A DNA stretch of 64,000 nucleotides from IMG/VR virus record IMGVR_UViG_3300020362_000001. One strand, 5' to 3'. Made by a program: the position numbers and the translations under genes. Source of the DNA: an uncultured virus (IMG/VR IMGVR_UViG_3300020362_000001). Its lineage: Duplodnaviria; Heunggongvirae; Uroviricota; Caudoviricetes. The notes under the pieces were generated by a model. The model was given only the letters and a program-made list of their open reading frames with translations, was not told the DNA's origin and did no database searches. Positions 29,278 through 39,077 of the stretch are shown here, in pieces (the first letter of the stretch is position 1; every line of letters starts with the position of its first letter).

Positions 29278-30648
29278 ATGACATTAAAGAGTTTATCTCA
29301 ATACGGCCCCAATTTTCAAGTAAAAGTTTTACATTCACTATTAAAAAATAAAAAGTTTATACTTAATATTAGGGATGTTATTATACCTTCTTATTTTGAA
29401 AATCAAGCACATCAATGGGTAGTTAAAGAAACATTAAAATATTTTGATGAATTTCATACTACCCCTACATTAGATTTTCTTAAAATTGAAGTAAAAAAAT
29501 TAGAAAACGAGGTATTAAAAACTGCTATAGTAGATCAACTAAAAGAAGTATATAAATTAGTTAATGATGATCAAGAATATGTTGAACAAGAATTTTCTAG
29601 TTTTTGTAAAAATCAAGCATTAAAAAATGCATTATTAAAATCTGTTGATTTATTATCAAGTGGTATGTTTGATGATATTAGACTTACTATTGATAACGCT
29701 TTAAAGGCAGGACAAGATAAAAATATAGGACACGAGTATTTAAAAGATGTAGAATCTCGTTATAAAGAAGAGGATCGTCAAGTAATACCTACTCCTTGGC
29801 CTATCATTAATGAAGGATTAATGGGTGGTTTAGGTGGAGGTGATTTTGGCTTAATATTTGGTTCACCTGGTGGAGGTAAATCATGGACTATGGTTGCATT
29901 AGGTGCCCATGCAGTAAAATTAGGTCTAAATGTTGTGCATTATACACTTGAATTATCCGAGGGTTACGTAGGTAAAAGATATGATGCACATTTTGTAAAT
30001 GAACCTGTTAATACTATTCATTTACATAAAGAAAAAATTAATAAATTTATAGATGATTTATCTGGTAGTTTAACTATTAAAGAATATTCTCCAGGTCAGG
30101 CTTCCATCTCAACATTAGAAAGTCATATTCAAAAAATAACTGATTTAGGTTATCCCCCTGATTTAATTATTTTAGATTATGTAGATTTATTAAAAAGTAT
30201 TAGTAGCTCTAAAGACGAAAAGGAAAAATTAGATAATACTTATGTAGCTACTAAAGCTTTAGCCAGAGACTTAAACATTCCAGTTTGGTCTGTTTCACAA
30301 GTTAATAGAGCTGGGGCCAGGGATGAAATAGTTGAAGGAGACAAAGCAGCAGGTTCATACAATAAATTAATGATTACGGATTTTTGTATGTCTTTATCTA
30401 GATTACCACAAGATAAAGTAAATAATACAGCAAGATTTTTCTTAATGAAAAATAGATATGGTATGGATGGAATGACGTATTATGCTAGTATGGATGCTTC
30501 AACAGGCACAATAGAGATGGATGAAAATCCTACGGAAATTCCGGAAGGATCTTCAACAAATAATAACAGATTTGGTAATGAAGTTACCAAAACAGATAAA
30601 AAACAATTAGCTCAACTATCTGAAGATTTTTTTGTAAATAAAGGTTGA
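29278..30648 (+). CDS. dnaB: Replicative DnaB-like helicase (gp41-like)
   Basis: GSPGGGKS, YTLELSE, LDYVDLL, SQVNR, KNRYG. Confidence 0.9.
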   Translation: MTLKSLSQYGPNFQVKVLHSLLKNKKFILNIRDVIIPSYFENQAHQWVVKETLKYFDEFHTTPTLDFLKIEVKKLENEVLKTAIVDQLKEVYKLVNDDQEYVEQEFSSFCKNQALKNALLKSVDLLSSGMFDDIRLTIDNALKAGQDKNIGHEYLKDVESRYKEEDRQVIPTPWPIINEGLMGGLGGGDFGLIFGSPGGGKSWTMVALGAHAVKLGLNVVHYTLELSEGYVGKRYDAHFVNEPVNTIHLHKEKINKFIDDLSGSLTIKEYSPGQASISTLESHIQKITDLGYPPDLIILDYVDLLKSISSSKDEKEKLDNTYVATKALARDLNIPVWSVSQVNRAGARDEIVEGDKAAGSYNKLMITDFCMSLSRLPQDKVNNTARFFLMKNRYGMDGMTYYASMDASTGTIEMDENPTEIPEGSSTNNNRFGNEVTKTDKKQLAQLSEDFFVNKG

Positions 30649-30704
30649 TTTCAGTAGTATATATTGTATTTATCGCCCCGTTTTGAAAAAATAAAATTTA
30701 TAAA

Positions 30705-31685
30705 ATGCGAGACATAACTAAAGAACGAGTTGTATATAAACCCTTTGAATATCCAGAAGCACATGATTATTGGATGAAACAACAACAAGCACATTGGTTA
30801 CATACTGAAGTGCCCATGATGTCAGATGTTACTGATTGGAAACAAAACTTATCGGAAACCGAAAAAAATATAATAGGATCCATTTTAAAAGGATTTGCTC
30901 AAACTGAAACAGTAGTAAATGATTATTGGTCAGGATTAGTAACTAAATGGTTTAGAAAACCTGAAATTATTAAAATGGCTGTAACATTTGGTGCATTTGA
31001 AACTATTCATGCTGAAGCTTATTCACTTTTAAATGAGGAATTGGGACTAGATGATTTTAGCGAGTTTTTAGAAGATGAAACTACAATGGCTAAAATTGAA
31101 AATTTAATGAATGTAAGAGATAATATGGATGGAACTCCAGATTGGACAGAAAGGGCTAAATCGTTAGCCATTTTTTCTGCGTTTACAGAAGGAGTAAATT
31201 TATTTTCTTCATTTGCTGTTTTACTTTCTTTTAAACTAAGAAATTTGTTAAAAGGTGTAGGACAAATAGTAGAATGGAGTATTAGAGATGAATCTTTACA
31301 TTCAAATGCGGGATGTTGGATGTTTAGAGAATTAATGAAGGAAAAACCCGAATTAAATACACCTGAACTAAAAGAAGATATTAGACAAGCTGCTCTACTA
31401 TCTTTAAAATTAGAATTAGATTTTATAGATAAAGTTTACGAAATGGGTGATTTAGAAGGGTGTACTAAATATGATTTAGTATCTTTTATAAAGCATAGAA
31501 CTAATACTAAAATGGCAGATTTAGGATATGAACCAGTAGTTAATGATATTGATATGGATGCCATTCAAAGAATGAAATGGTTTGATTCATTATCAGCTGG
31601 TAAACAACATACCGATTTTTTTGCTAATAGAGTTACTAATTATTCAAAAGGTACCCAAAAATGGGACGCAAACGCATTATTTTAA
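30705..31685 (+). CDS. nrdB: Class Ia ribonucleotide reductase beta subunit
   Basis: ETIHAEAY, EGVNLFSSF, RDESLH, HTDFF..RVTNY. Confidence 0.95.
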   Translation: MRDITKERVVYKPFEYPEAHDYWMKQQQAHWLHTEVPMMSDVTDWKQNLSETEKNIIGSILKGFAQTETVVNDYWSGLVTKWFRKPEIIKMAVTFGAFETIHAEAYSLLNEELGLDDFSEFLEDETTMAKIENLMNVRDNMDGTPDWTERAKSLAIFSAFTEGVNLFSSFAVLLSFKLRNLLKGVGQIVEWSIRDESLHSNAGCWMFRELMKEKPELNTPELKEDIRQAALLSLKLELDFIDKVYEMGDLEGCTKYDLVSFIKHRTNTKMADLGYEPVVNDIDMDAIQRMKWFDSLSAGKQHTDFFANRVTNYSKGTQKWDANALF

Positions 31686-31686
31686 A

Positions 31687-33399
31687 ATGGACGGAAATAT
31701 ATCAGTAGACACTTCTAATTGGGAGGCAGGTAAGGAATATCCTGCTTGGATGGATGAAGTATCCCTAGCAACAATATCAAAAGGTTATTTACTACCTAAT
31801 GAAACACCCAAAAAAGCTTATAGGAGAGTAGCTTCTGCTGCTGCTATGAGGTTAAAAAAACCTGAATTAGAAAATAAATTTTATAAAATGTTATGGAATG
31901 GTTGGTTAGGTTTAGCTTCACCAGTTTTTTCTAACATGGGTACTGATAGAGGATTACCTATATCATGTTTTGGAATTGATACACCTGATTCTATAAGAGG
32001 AATTAGTTTAACCAATGCTGAATTAATGAAATTAACTTCTCAAGGAGGAGGAGTAGGAATTTCCGTTTCTAGAATTAGACCTAGAGGAGCTCAAATATCA
32101 GGTAATGGTAAATCTGAAGGTGTAGTACCTTGGTGTAAAATTTATGATTCTGCTATAATAGCTACTAATCAAGGTTCCGTAAGAAGAGGAGCTGCATCAG
32201 TAAATTTAGATATTAACCACCCTGATATAGGAGAATATTTACAAATTAGAAGACCAAAAGGTGATCCTAATAGACAATGTTTAAATTTACATCAATGTGT
32301 AGTAGTAGATGATCCTTTTATGCGTAAATTAGAATCCAGGGATCAGGATGCAATGTCTTTATGGGCTGAAATTTTAAAATCTAGAATGGAAACGGGAGAG
32401 CCCTATGTAATGTTTAAGGATAATGTTAATAAAAGTAATCCTGTAGCATATATGATGAATAATCTGGATGTTACTATGACTAATATTTGTACTGAAATTA
32501 CTTTATTTACTGATGAAGAACATTCATTTATTTGTTGTTTATCATCTTTAAATTTAGCTAAATATGATGAATGGAAAGATACAGATACTGTAGAAATGTC
32601 TACTTGGTTTTTAGATGGAGTAATGCAGGAATTTATAGATAAATCACAAGGTAGAGATTCATTAAAAAGAACACATAATCATGCTAAAAAAGGTAGAGCT
32701 TTAGGATTAGGAGTAGTAGGTTGGCATACTTTTCTACAACAAAAAGGAATGCCATTTAACTCAATAGCTTCTACTGCTTATACTCATAATATTTTTTCTG
32801 ATATTAAAAATAAAGCAGAAAAAGCATCACTGGATTTAGCTAGAGAATATGGAGAACCGGTTTGGTGTAAGGGTACTGGTATGAGAAATACGCATTTAAT
32901 GGCGATTGCTCCTACTGTATCGAATAGTGTAATATTAGGAGGTATTTCCGCAGGTATTGAACCTTTACCCGCTAATATTTACACATTTAATGGCGCTAAA
33001 GGTACATTTATTCGTAAAAATAAAGTTCTAGAAAGAATTTTAGAAAGTAAAAAAGAAAACAAAAATAAATGGTGGGATCAAATGTTAGCAGATGGGGGTT
33101 CAGCACAGAACTTACCTGATAATGTTTTAACCCCGGAGGAAAAGGAATTATTTTTAACATTCCCGGAAATAAATCAATTAGAGTTAGTTAGACAGGCCGC
33201 TATTCGTCAAAGATATTTAGATCAAACTCAATCATTAAATTTAAGTTTTGATCCTAGTGATTCTCCTAAATGGATAAATCAAGTTCATATGGAAGCATGG
33301 AAATTAGGAATTAAAACTTTATATTATTTAAGAACAGATTCAGTAATAAAAGGTGATTTAGGTTCAAGACAGGCCGATTGTATCAGTTGTGATGGATAA
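31687..33399 (+). CDS. nrdA: Class Ia ribonucleotide reductase alpha subunit (ATG 31687)
   Basis: PISCF, GGGVG, RRGA, TNICTEI, IAPT, KTLYYLR, C-terminal CISCDG. Confidence 0.95.
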   Translation: MDGNISVDTSNWEAGKEYPAWMDEVSLATISKGYLLPNETPKKAYRRVASAAAMRLKKPELENKFYKMLWNGWLGLASPVFSNMGTDRGLPISCFGIDTPDSIRGISLTNAELMKLTSQGGGVGISVSRIRPRGAQISGNGKSEGVVPWCKIYDSAIIATNQGSVRRGAASVNLDINHPDIGEYLQIRRPKGDPNRQCLNLHQCVVVDDPFMRKLESRDQDAMSLWAEILKSRMETGEPYVMFKDNVNKSNPVAYMMNNLDVTMTNICTEITLFTDEEHSFICCLSSLNLAKYDEWKDTDTVEMSTWFLDGVMQEFIDKSQGRDSLKRTHNHAKKGRALGLGVVGWHTFLQQKGMPFNSIASTAYTHNIFSDIKNKAEKASLDLAREYGEPVWCKGTGMRNTHLMAIAPTVSNSVILGGISAGIEPLPANIYTFNGAKGTFIRKNKVLERILESKKENKNKWWDQMLADGGSAQNLPDNVLTPEEKELFLTFPEINQLELVRQAAIRQRYLDQTQSLNLSFDPSDSPKWINQVHMEAWKLGIKTLYYLRTDSVIKGDLGSRQADCISCDG

Positions 33400-33547
33400 T
33401 ATAGAAAAAGTACAAGTTTATGTTTATAAAAACTATAAAACTTATAAAGATAAACCTCTTATTATAGAGGAATTTGATAAATTTTTTACTATAAAAAGGA
33501 ATAAGGATGAATCCCCTTTAATATTAGGTAAAAGCATATTAGATTAA
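33392..33547 (+). CDS. Small hypothetical protein (51 aa)
   Basis: MDNIEKVQVYVY..ILGKSILD; overlaps nrdA stop and fills gap. Confidence 0.5.
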   Translation: MDNIEKVQVYVYKNYKTYKDKPLIIEEFDKFFTIKRNKDESPLILGKSILD

Positions 33548-33574
33548 AAAAAGGCTCATTTGAGCCTTTCTTTT
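33546..33574. terminator. Bidirectional terminator between convergent genes
   Basis: AAGGCTC-ATTT-GAGCCTT flanked by an A-run and a T-rich run. Confidence 0.7.
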
Positions 33575-33780
33575 ATTTCCATTTGGTATTTTTTCCAAAG
33601 CCTTTGAGCTTCCTCTAAAGTAATTTCTTCTGCTTCTAATGCAGTTCTAATTTCTAAGTATTTTTTTTCTTTTAAATCCTCAGAATTTTCTTTCTTAATA
33701 TTAGCACTACTTAAAATACCTCCCATTAGGAATAATATTCCTGCTAATACTGCTCTAATTTTATATATTATAGTCATCAT
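33556..33780 (-). CDS. Small secreted/membrane-anchored protein; only credible minus-strand gene
   Basis: Signal-like hydrophobic N-terminus; no overlapping + gene; TATTTAT on minus strand just upstream; terminator downstream. Confidence 0.6.
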   Translation of the reverse strand: MMTIIYKIRAVLAGILFLMGGILSSANIKKENSEDLKEKKYLEIRTALEAEEITLEEAQRLWKKYQMEIKERLK

Positions 33781-33888
33781 TTATAAATATATAAGTCATA
33801 TTAAAGTCATATATAATTTTAAAAGCGTCATATTAAAATTTGGAATTTAGTATATAGTTTCGTATATTTACCACACAAAATTAAGGTT

Positions 33889-34182
33889 ATGACATTTAAA
33901 GATTTAAAATTTAAACCACACCCGGTTGTTAAAAAAAAGGGTATACAAGCTACATTAGAAGTTAAGCCTAATGTTTTTTTATCTGTTATTGCAGGTGAAG
34001 GTTTTTACAGTACAGCTAAAGGTACTGGAGTTAGAGGTGCTGTAACCTCGGAGAAAGATGTTTCATCTTTTGAGGTAGGATGGGTAGATGAAAATTTACC
34101 TGAAGATAAGCAACAATGGGAAGTTGTTGGTTGGCAATCTAGAGAAGATATAAATAAATTAATTACAGAATTAAAATCATGA
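33889..34182 (+). CDS. Hypothetical protein
   Basis: Preceded by early promoter and AAGGTTATG. Confidence 0.6.
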   Translation: MTFKDLKFKPHPVVKKKGIQATLEVKPNVFLSVIAGEGFYSTAKGTGVRGAVTSEKDVSSFEVGWVDENLPEDKQQWEVVGWQSREDINKLITELKS

Positions 34183-34364
34183 AAGAAAAAATTAAAAATT
34201 TTTTATTGAATTGGAATGCTATTATTATAGCTTTTATTTGCCTTCTTTATTCGGTGGCACTAGGTCTTGCTGGAAATACGGAAGAAGCTCAATACTCGGC
34301 TCATTGGCCAGGAACTATTTTACTATTTAGTATAGCAATTAATCAAATTATAAGAAGAAGATAA
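34179..34364 (+). CDS. Small membrane protein
   Basis: Two hydrophobic segments; coupled start/stop. Confidence 0.55.
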   Translation: MKEKIKNFLLNWNAIIIAFICLLYSVALGLAGNTEEAQYSAHWPGTILLFSIAINQIIRRR

Positions 34365-34642
34365 TGTTAGGTTGGGGATTCTTTTTTATGGGTGCAGTGT
34401 TTTTTAGTCTGTACGTTTGGTTTACGCTCTGGATGATCTTTGATCAAAATAAAAAACAGAGGGAAGAAGGTAATGGTACCCAAGGGTATTATGAACGTCA
34501 TCAACCTGATGATATTGATATGGATGGTATGGGAAATCAAGGTAGATTTAATTATACACCTAGACCTAAAGCCAGGAAAAGAAAACAGGGAAGTCAAAGT
34601 AGAATGAAAAATTATTTTTGGCATGAGGAAGAAAAAAAATAA
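34364..34642 (+). CDS. Small membrane protein
   Basis: N-terminal TM helix; TAATG coupling. Confidence 0.55.
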   Translation: MLGWGFFFMGAVFFSLYVWFTLWMIFDQNKKQREEGNGTQGYYERHQPDDIDMDGMGNQGRFNYTPRPKARKRKQGSQSRMKNYFWHEEEKK

Positions 34643-34757
34643 AACACCTCAAAATCCTAAAGATCAAACCCCCAATAAAGAATTTTATAATAAAAATTCA
34701 GAGGATTGGGATTATTATTCAGGATTACCTAACCCTAAAGCATACGAAAAGTCATGA
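34623..34757 (+). CDS. Small hypothetical protein (44 aa)
   Basis: MRKKKNK..WDYYSGLPNPKAYEKS; fills gap and is coupled to next ATG. Confidence 0.5.
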   Translation: MRKKKNKTPQNPKDQTPNKEFYNKNSEDWDYYSGLPNPKAYEKS

Positions 34758-35026
34758 GTTTTTTAATAGGATTTAGTTTTATTATTTTATTATCTATTTT
34801 TACTGTATTACTTTGGTTTGTAGCTAGATTATTACCTAAAGAATTTGCTTTAGCTACTATAGCTTTATTAATATTTGGTGATGCTATGTTAGTAGGATTA
34901 TGGTATTTTGGATTAGTAGAAATAGTAGAAGTAGTTAAACATTTTAGATTAGGGATAGCCGGTGCTTTTTGTATGGCATCTTTTGGAAGATCTTTATATT
35001 TTATGTTAAGTTATGAGGAAGTGTAA
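34754..35026 (+). CDS. Membrane protein (about 3 TM)
   Basis: Hydrophobic throughout. Confidence 0.55.
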   Translation: MSFLIGFSFIILLSIFTVLLWFVARLLPKEFALATIALLIFGDAMLVGLWYFGLVEIVEVVKHFRLGIAGAFCMASFGRSLYFMLSYEEV

Positions 35027-35366
35027 TATTTGCGGACAAAAAAAACTTAATATATTTTTTAAAAATAGTAAAAAGAAAACTTGCAGACACTGTGAATTTA
35101 GATGGTATAGATCCTTTTTAAGATATTTAGTTAAAAGTAGGAAATTATCTCCTGTTGAAAGAATAGGTAATAGATTAGGTTATATGGGCTCGGGTTTTTT
35201 AATGATTTCTCCTTATCTACTTCCTTATGATGGTATAGGAGCTTATACTTATTTGATGGGAGCACTTTTATCATTACCTCAAGTATGGATAGCCAAACAA
35301 TGGAATATAGTTATACTAAATTTTAATTTACTAATTGGTTATGGAATTTATATTTTTCAATTATGA
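35013..35366 (+). CDS. Zn-ribbon plus membrane domain protein
   Basis: CxxC..CxxC followed by hydrophobic helices. Confidence 0.5.
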   Translation: MRKCNICGQKKLNIFFKNSKKKTCRHCEFRWYRSFLRYLVKSRKLSPVERIGNRLGYMGSGFLMISPYLLPYDGIGAYTYLMGALLSLPQVWIAKQWNIVILNFNLLIGYGIYIFQL

Positions 35367-36169
35367 ATAGGTTAGACGAACAATATAGGGGGTTATTAGG
35401 AGAAGTTTTATATAATGGAGTGGAAAAAAAAGATAGAACTGGTACTGGAACTTATTCAAGATTTGGTTTACAAATTAAACATCAAATGTCAGATGGTTTT
35501 CCCATTTTAACTACTAAAAAAATATCCATTAAGACGGTAGCTACTGAACTAAAATGGTTTTTAAAAGGTGATACTAACATTAAATATCTTCAGGATAATA
35601 ATTGCCATATTTGGGATGGTGATTATAATAAATCAGATAGAACAGATGGATGGTTAGGAAAAATTTATGGTCATCAATGGAGAAAATTATCTCTATTTGG
35701 AGTACAGTATGACCAGATTAAAACATTAATAGAAGGATTAAAAGAGAATCCTGATAGTAGACGTCATTTAGTTAATGCATGGAATGTTTACGATTTAGAT
35801 TATATGACCCTTCCTCCTTGTCATTATTCTTTTCAATGTTATGTAGCAGGTAATAAATTATCTTTACTTTGGAATCAACGTTCCGCTGATTTATTTTTAG
35901 GTGTACCTTTTAATATTAGTAGTTACGGTTTACTACTTGAATTATTATGTGTAGAAACCGGATTTGAACCTGGAGAATTAGTAGGTAATTTTGGTGACAT
36001 TCATTTATATAAAAATCATACTAAACAGGCTAAGGAACAAATCAGTAGAGAAGGTTATAAATTACCTAAATTAGAAATATTAGATATGGATCTTTTAAAT
36101 GGTGAATTTAATTTTAATTTAAAAGATTACAAATCACATTCAACAATTAAAGCACCCTTAAATAATTAA
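35363..36169 (+). CDS. thyA: Thymidylate synthase
   Basis: DRTGTGT, ELKWFLKG, YGHQWR, DSRR, LPPCH, QRSADLFLGVPFN, DIHLY. Confidence 0.97.
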   Translation: MNRLDEQYRGLLGEVLYNGVEKKDRTGTGTYSRFGLQIKHQMSDGFPILTTKKISIKTVATELKWFLKGDTNIKYLQDNNCHIWDGDYNKSDRTDGWLGKIYGHQWRKLSLFGVQYDQIKTLIEGLKENPDSRRHLVNAWNVYDLDYMTLPPCHYSFQCYVAGNKLSLLWNQRSADLFLGVPFNISSYGLLLELLCVETGFEPGELVGNFGDIHLYKNHTKQAKEQISREGYKLPKLEILDMDLLNGEFNFNLKDYKSHSTIKAPLNN

Positions 36170-36219
36170 TATGGACAAAGACGAAATAGTAGACGACACA
36201 ATATTTGAAGATTTTGTAG

Positions 36220-36462
36220 ATGAACCCTATCAAGAAAGAGACACAGGAACCACAATCGAAGATTGAAGATTTTACTTGCCATAAGTGTGGTAAACCAGCT
36301 ACTGGAAGATACTCTCCAGATAAAAATATTACTGGTTTGGCATTTTGTGATGAGCATCAGGAATTAATGGCTCTTGGTTTTTATCTTTTACTACAAAATA
36401 AAAAAGATAAATTTGATGAGCTTATGAATGCAACTGCAGGGACCGGTAGCTCAACTGGATAG
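36220..36462 (+). CDS. Hypothetical Zn-finger protein
   Basis: CHKCGKPA..FCDEH; stop codon lies inside the tRNA. Confidence 0.5.
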   Translation: MNPIKKETQEPQSKIEDFTCHKCGKPATGRYSPDKNITGLAFCDEHQELMALGFYLLLQNKKDKFDELMNATAGTGSSTG

Positions 36463-36513
36463 AGCCCTTGGTTACGACCCAAGAGGTTAGAGGTTCGAAT
36501 CCTCTCCGGTTCA
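36440..36513 (+). tRNA. tRNA-Arg(ACG), no encoded CCA
   Basis: Cloverleaf: GGACCGG/CCGGTTC acceptor, CTTGG-TTACGAC-CCAAG anticodon arm, AGAGG-TTCGAAT-CCTCT T arm. Confidence 0.93.
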
Positions 36514-36573
36514 CTTATTTGGATTTTAGTTAAACTTTTCGTATATTTAGGGTATAAATAAGTAAAAGGTTAT

Positions 36574-36960
36574 ATGAAAACAGTACAAGAATTAAAGAAA
36601 AATAATAAAAAAGCTTATGATCAATTAAGAGCTAATTATGGTACTAGAAGATTAACTGCTAGAAAAGAAGGTTATCCTGATGGAAATAGTGAAGATTTTT
36701 ATGATTTAGAATTTCCTGATTATTGTCCTATATTAGGTATTCCTATTGATTATAATTATAGTAAAAAAAGAATTAAAGGTGGAAGTGATTTTTCTCCTTC
36801 CTTTGATAAAATTTATCCTAACTTAGGTTATGTTAAAGGTAATGTTAGAATAGTTAGTTTTTTAGGTAATAGAGTGATGAGTAATATTAATAGTCATCCT
36901 AATTACAAACAAATGTTAGAACATATGGGTAAAAAATTTATACCACAAGAAATATATTAA
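36574..36960 (+). CDS. HNH-like endonuclease
   Basis: CPILG..SPSFDKI.P.LGYVKGNVRIVS..GN. Confidence 0.65.
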   Translation: MKTVQELKKNNKKAYDQLRANYGTRRLTARKEGYPDGNSEDFYDLEFPDYCPILGIPIDYNYSKKRIKGGSDFSPSFDKIYPNLGYVKGNVRIVSFLGNRVMSNINSHPNYKQMLEHMGKKFIPQEIY

Positions 36961-36979
36961 ATAATTTAAATTAAAGGTT

Positions 36980-37066
36980 ATGAACAAATTTGAAAGAATA
37001 CAGTTTATTTTTATAGGATTATGTGCAACCTATTTTGCACTAAGAACTTTATTTACATTTATATAA
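36980..37066 (+). CDS. 28-aa hydrophobic peptide
   Basis: AAAGGTTATG start; MNKFERIQFIFIGLCATYFALRTLFTFI; TAATG-coupled to next gene. Confidence 0.55.
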   Translation: MNKFERIQFIFIGLCATYFALRTLFTFI

Positions 37067-37305
37067 TGGTAAGAAAAAAATGGACTAAAGACGGTAGTTA
37101 TCCAAAAACACCTATTGTTATAGTATTTGCAACTTCAAATAGATCAAATGCTAGACATAAAATGAAAATAGTTCGTAATAGAAATATAGACGAACTTATA
37201 GATGTTAACTTTAATATACCAGGTATCCCTGCTAAAGCAATTATTAAGGAAGTAGGAATGGGTATGTACTTTAAGGAAAAATATAAGAAAAAATATGCCC
37301 TTTAA
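37066..37305 (+). CDS. Hypothetical basic protein (ATG 37066 preferred)
   Basis: TAATG coupling. Confidence 0.55.
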   Translation: MVRKKWTKDGSYPKTPIVIVFATSNRSNARHKMKIVRNRNIDELIDVNFNIPGIPAKAIIKEVGMGMYFKEKYKKKYAL

Positions 37306-37810
37306 TCCTACACTTTCTCGTGCTAGATTAGAAAAGGAATTTTCTAAGTTACAGAAATTAAATTATAATCAATTTCGTTGGTGGAGAATGTATGAGACTA
37401 AAAATAAACCACTAAAGGCAACCGCATCATTTCGTGATACTATCTTAAATGGTGATTATGATTTTTCTCATTATTGGTATCAGGCAGCATGGGTTGAACA
37501 TGATATAGATGATTTAGAGATTGAATGTGCTGATGATGCTGGTAAATTTGTTGAAAAAGCTTCCATACTAAAATCCCGTAGAACAAGATTATTAGAGGAT
37601 TTTGAAAAAGATGAAGCCGATAAATTAAAACGTTTAGAAAAAGAATTTATAAGTAATTTTAAAATTACTAAGGATCAAATTAATAAAGAAATGTTAGAAT
37701 GGAGTGGAGACCTGATAAGTCTTTATTATCATATAGAAGATAATTATCAAAAATTAAATATACCTAATTATGGGAAAAAGAAAAGAGGTAGACCTAGAAA
37801 AGTTGCCTAA
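37295..37810 (+). CDS. Hypothetical protein with C-terminal AT-hook-like motif
   Basis: Ends KKKRGRPRK. Confidence 0.55.
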   Translation: MPFNPTLSRARLEKEFSKLQKLNYNQFRWWRMYETKNKPLKATASFRDTILNGDYDFSHYWYQAAWVEHDIDDLEIECADDAGKFVEKASILKSRRTRLLEDFEKDEADKLKRLEKEFISNFKITKDQINKEMLEWSGDLISLYYHIEDNYQKLNIPNYGKKKRGRPRKVA

Positions 37811-37952
37811 TCCAAAAAATCATTTAATAGCATCCCTAATAAAATCTGTTGTAAGAATATTAGGATACTTTGCTTTATTTTATGATATTCATTTAGCAGC
37901 AGTATTATTAATAATTTCTGAGGCTGTAGGTATAGGGGAAGAATTAGTATAG
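37770..37952 (+). CDS. Small membrane protein (start uncertain)
   Basis: H..SLIKSVVRILG..LLIISEAVGIGEELV. Confidence 0.5.
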   Translation: MGKRKEVDLEKLPNPKNHLIASLIKSVVRILGYFALFYDIHLAAVLLIISEAVGIGEELV

Positions 37953-37953
37953 T

Positions 37954-38136
37954 ATGTTTATATTTCAAGCTATAATTTTTACAATAGTATTTTGTTTTTT
38001 TACAATTTATAAAGATTATATTATTAATACTTACTATAGACAAATTGACGAAAAAAAATTAAATTACATTAACCGAAGGTTTATAATATCTTATGTTATA
38101 GGCCTTATTTTATTATTTATATTTTATTACGAATGA
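37954..38136 (+). CDS. Small 2-TM protein
   Basis: Two hydrophobic segments; fills gap. Confidence 0.5.
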   Translation: MFIFQAIIFTIVFCFFTIYKDYIINTYYRQIDEKKLNYINRRFIISYVIGLILLFIFYYE

Positions 38137-38381
38137 AAAAATTACTTTATTTCAGTGCAGCATGGTGTGGACCATGTAAAACACTAGGACCTATAGTTGA
38201 ATCACTATCAGGTCAAATTAATTATGATAAAATTGATGTGGATACTAATCATGAAATGTCAGCTCAATATGGAGTTAGAAATATTCCTACTTTAATTTTA
38301 TTGGATGAAACAGGAGAAACTAAGGGCAGATTAGTTGGATTACAAACCAAAGACCAAATATTAAGTTTTTATAATAGTTAA
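38133..38381 (+). CDS. trxA: Thioredoxin
   Basis: WCGPC and GVRNIPT. Confidence 0.93.
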   Translation: MKKLLYFSAAWCGPCKTLGPIVESLSGQINYDKIDVDTNHEMSAQYGVRNIPTLILLDETGETKGRLVGLQTKDQILSFYNS

Positions 38382-38611
38382 TGAATTTTCTTGATTATTT
38401 AGCTTTATTTGTTTTATTTTTTATGGCTATGTTAGCCGCATCCTGTGTAAGTGAGGAAAATCAAATTGTTTGTAGAGAAATATACTTCCCAGTTTGTGCT
38501 GGAGGAGAAATATACTTTAACGAATGTTATGCTATGCAAGCAGGATTTAATAATAGTGAATTAACCGAACCAGAATGTATATTAAATACTGCTGGTTGTA
38601 AATGTGAATAA
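38381..38611 (+). CDS. Lipoprotein with Kazal-like domain
   Basis: Lipobox LAASC; CREIYFPVCA..IYFNECYA. Confidence 0.65.
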   Translation: MNFLDYLALFVLFFMAMLAASCVSEENQIVCREIYFPVCAGGEIYFNECYAMQAGFNNSELTEPECILNTAGCKCE

Positions 38612-39077
38612 TATGAGTAAATTTGTATCAACAAAAGTTTTTGATGGGTTTTCTACTGTTTTTAGACAATGGAAAGCTGAAACTACCCATTGTAAATATC
38701 TTCATGGTTATGGGGTATCTTTTAAAGTATGGTTTGAGGGAGACTTAGATGAAAGAAATTGGGTATGGGATTTTGGTGGAATGAAAAGAGCCAAAGGAAA
38801 AATAGATGGAAAGTCTCCTAAGGAATGGATGGACTTTATGTTTGACCATACATTTTTAGTTGCCGAAGATGATCCATTTGTAGAATCATTTTTAAAAATG
38901 GCAGAACATGGAGTAGCTCAAGTAAGAGTTATACCAGCAACTGGTGCAGAAAAATTTGCTGAATTTATTTTTAATAAACTTAATCCATTTATTGAGGAAG
39001 AAACTGATGGTAGGGTTAAAGTTATTAGAGTTGAATTTAGAGAACACGGTAAAAATAGTGCAATATATGAAGGTTAG
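38604..39077 (+). CDS. queD: 6-carboxytetrahydropterin synthase
   Basis: HCKYLHGY, WVWDFG, FDHT, TGAEKFA; in Que cluster. Confidence 0.85.
   Translation: MNNMSKFVSTKVFDGFSTVFRQWKAETTHCKYLHGYGVSFKVWFEGDLDERNWVWDFGGMKRAKGKIDGKSPKEWMDFMFDHTFLVAEDDPFVESFLKMAEHGVAQVRVIPATGAEKFAEFIFNKLNPFIEEETDGRVKVIRVEFREHGKNSAIYEG

Noticed and set aside
31582..31686. Track's N-terminal extension of nrdA
   Set aside because: Overlaps nrdB from a TTG; ATG 31687 directly follows the nrdB stop
38944..39066. Track's N-terminal extension of the DpdA-like gene
   Set aside because: Overlaps queD; ATG 39067 gives a typical short overlap. It also shows that +1 frames can stay open about 40 codons by chance
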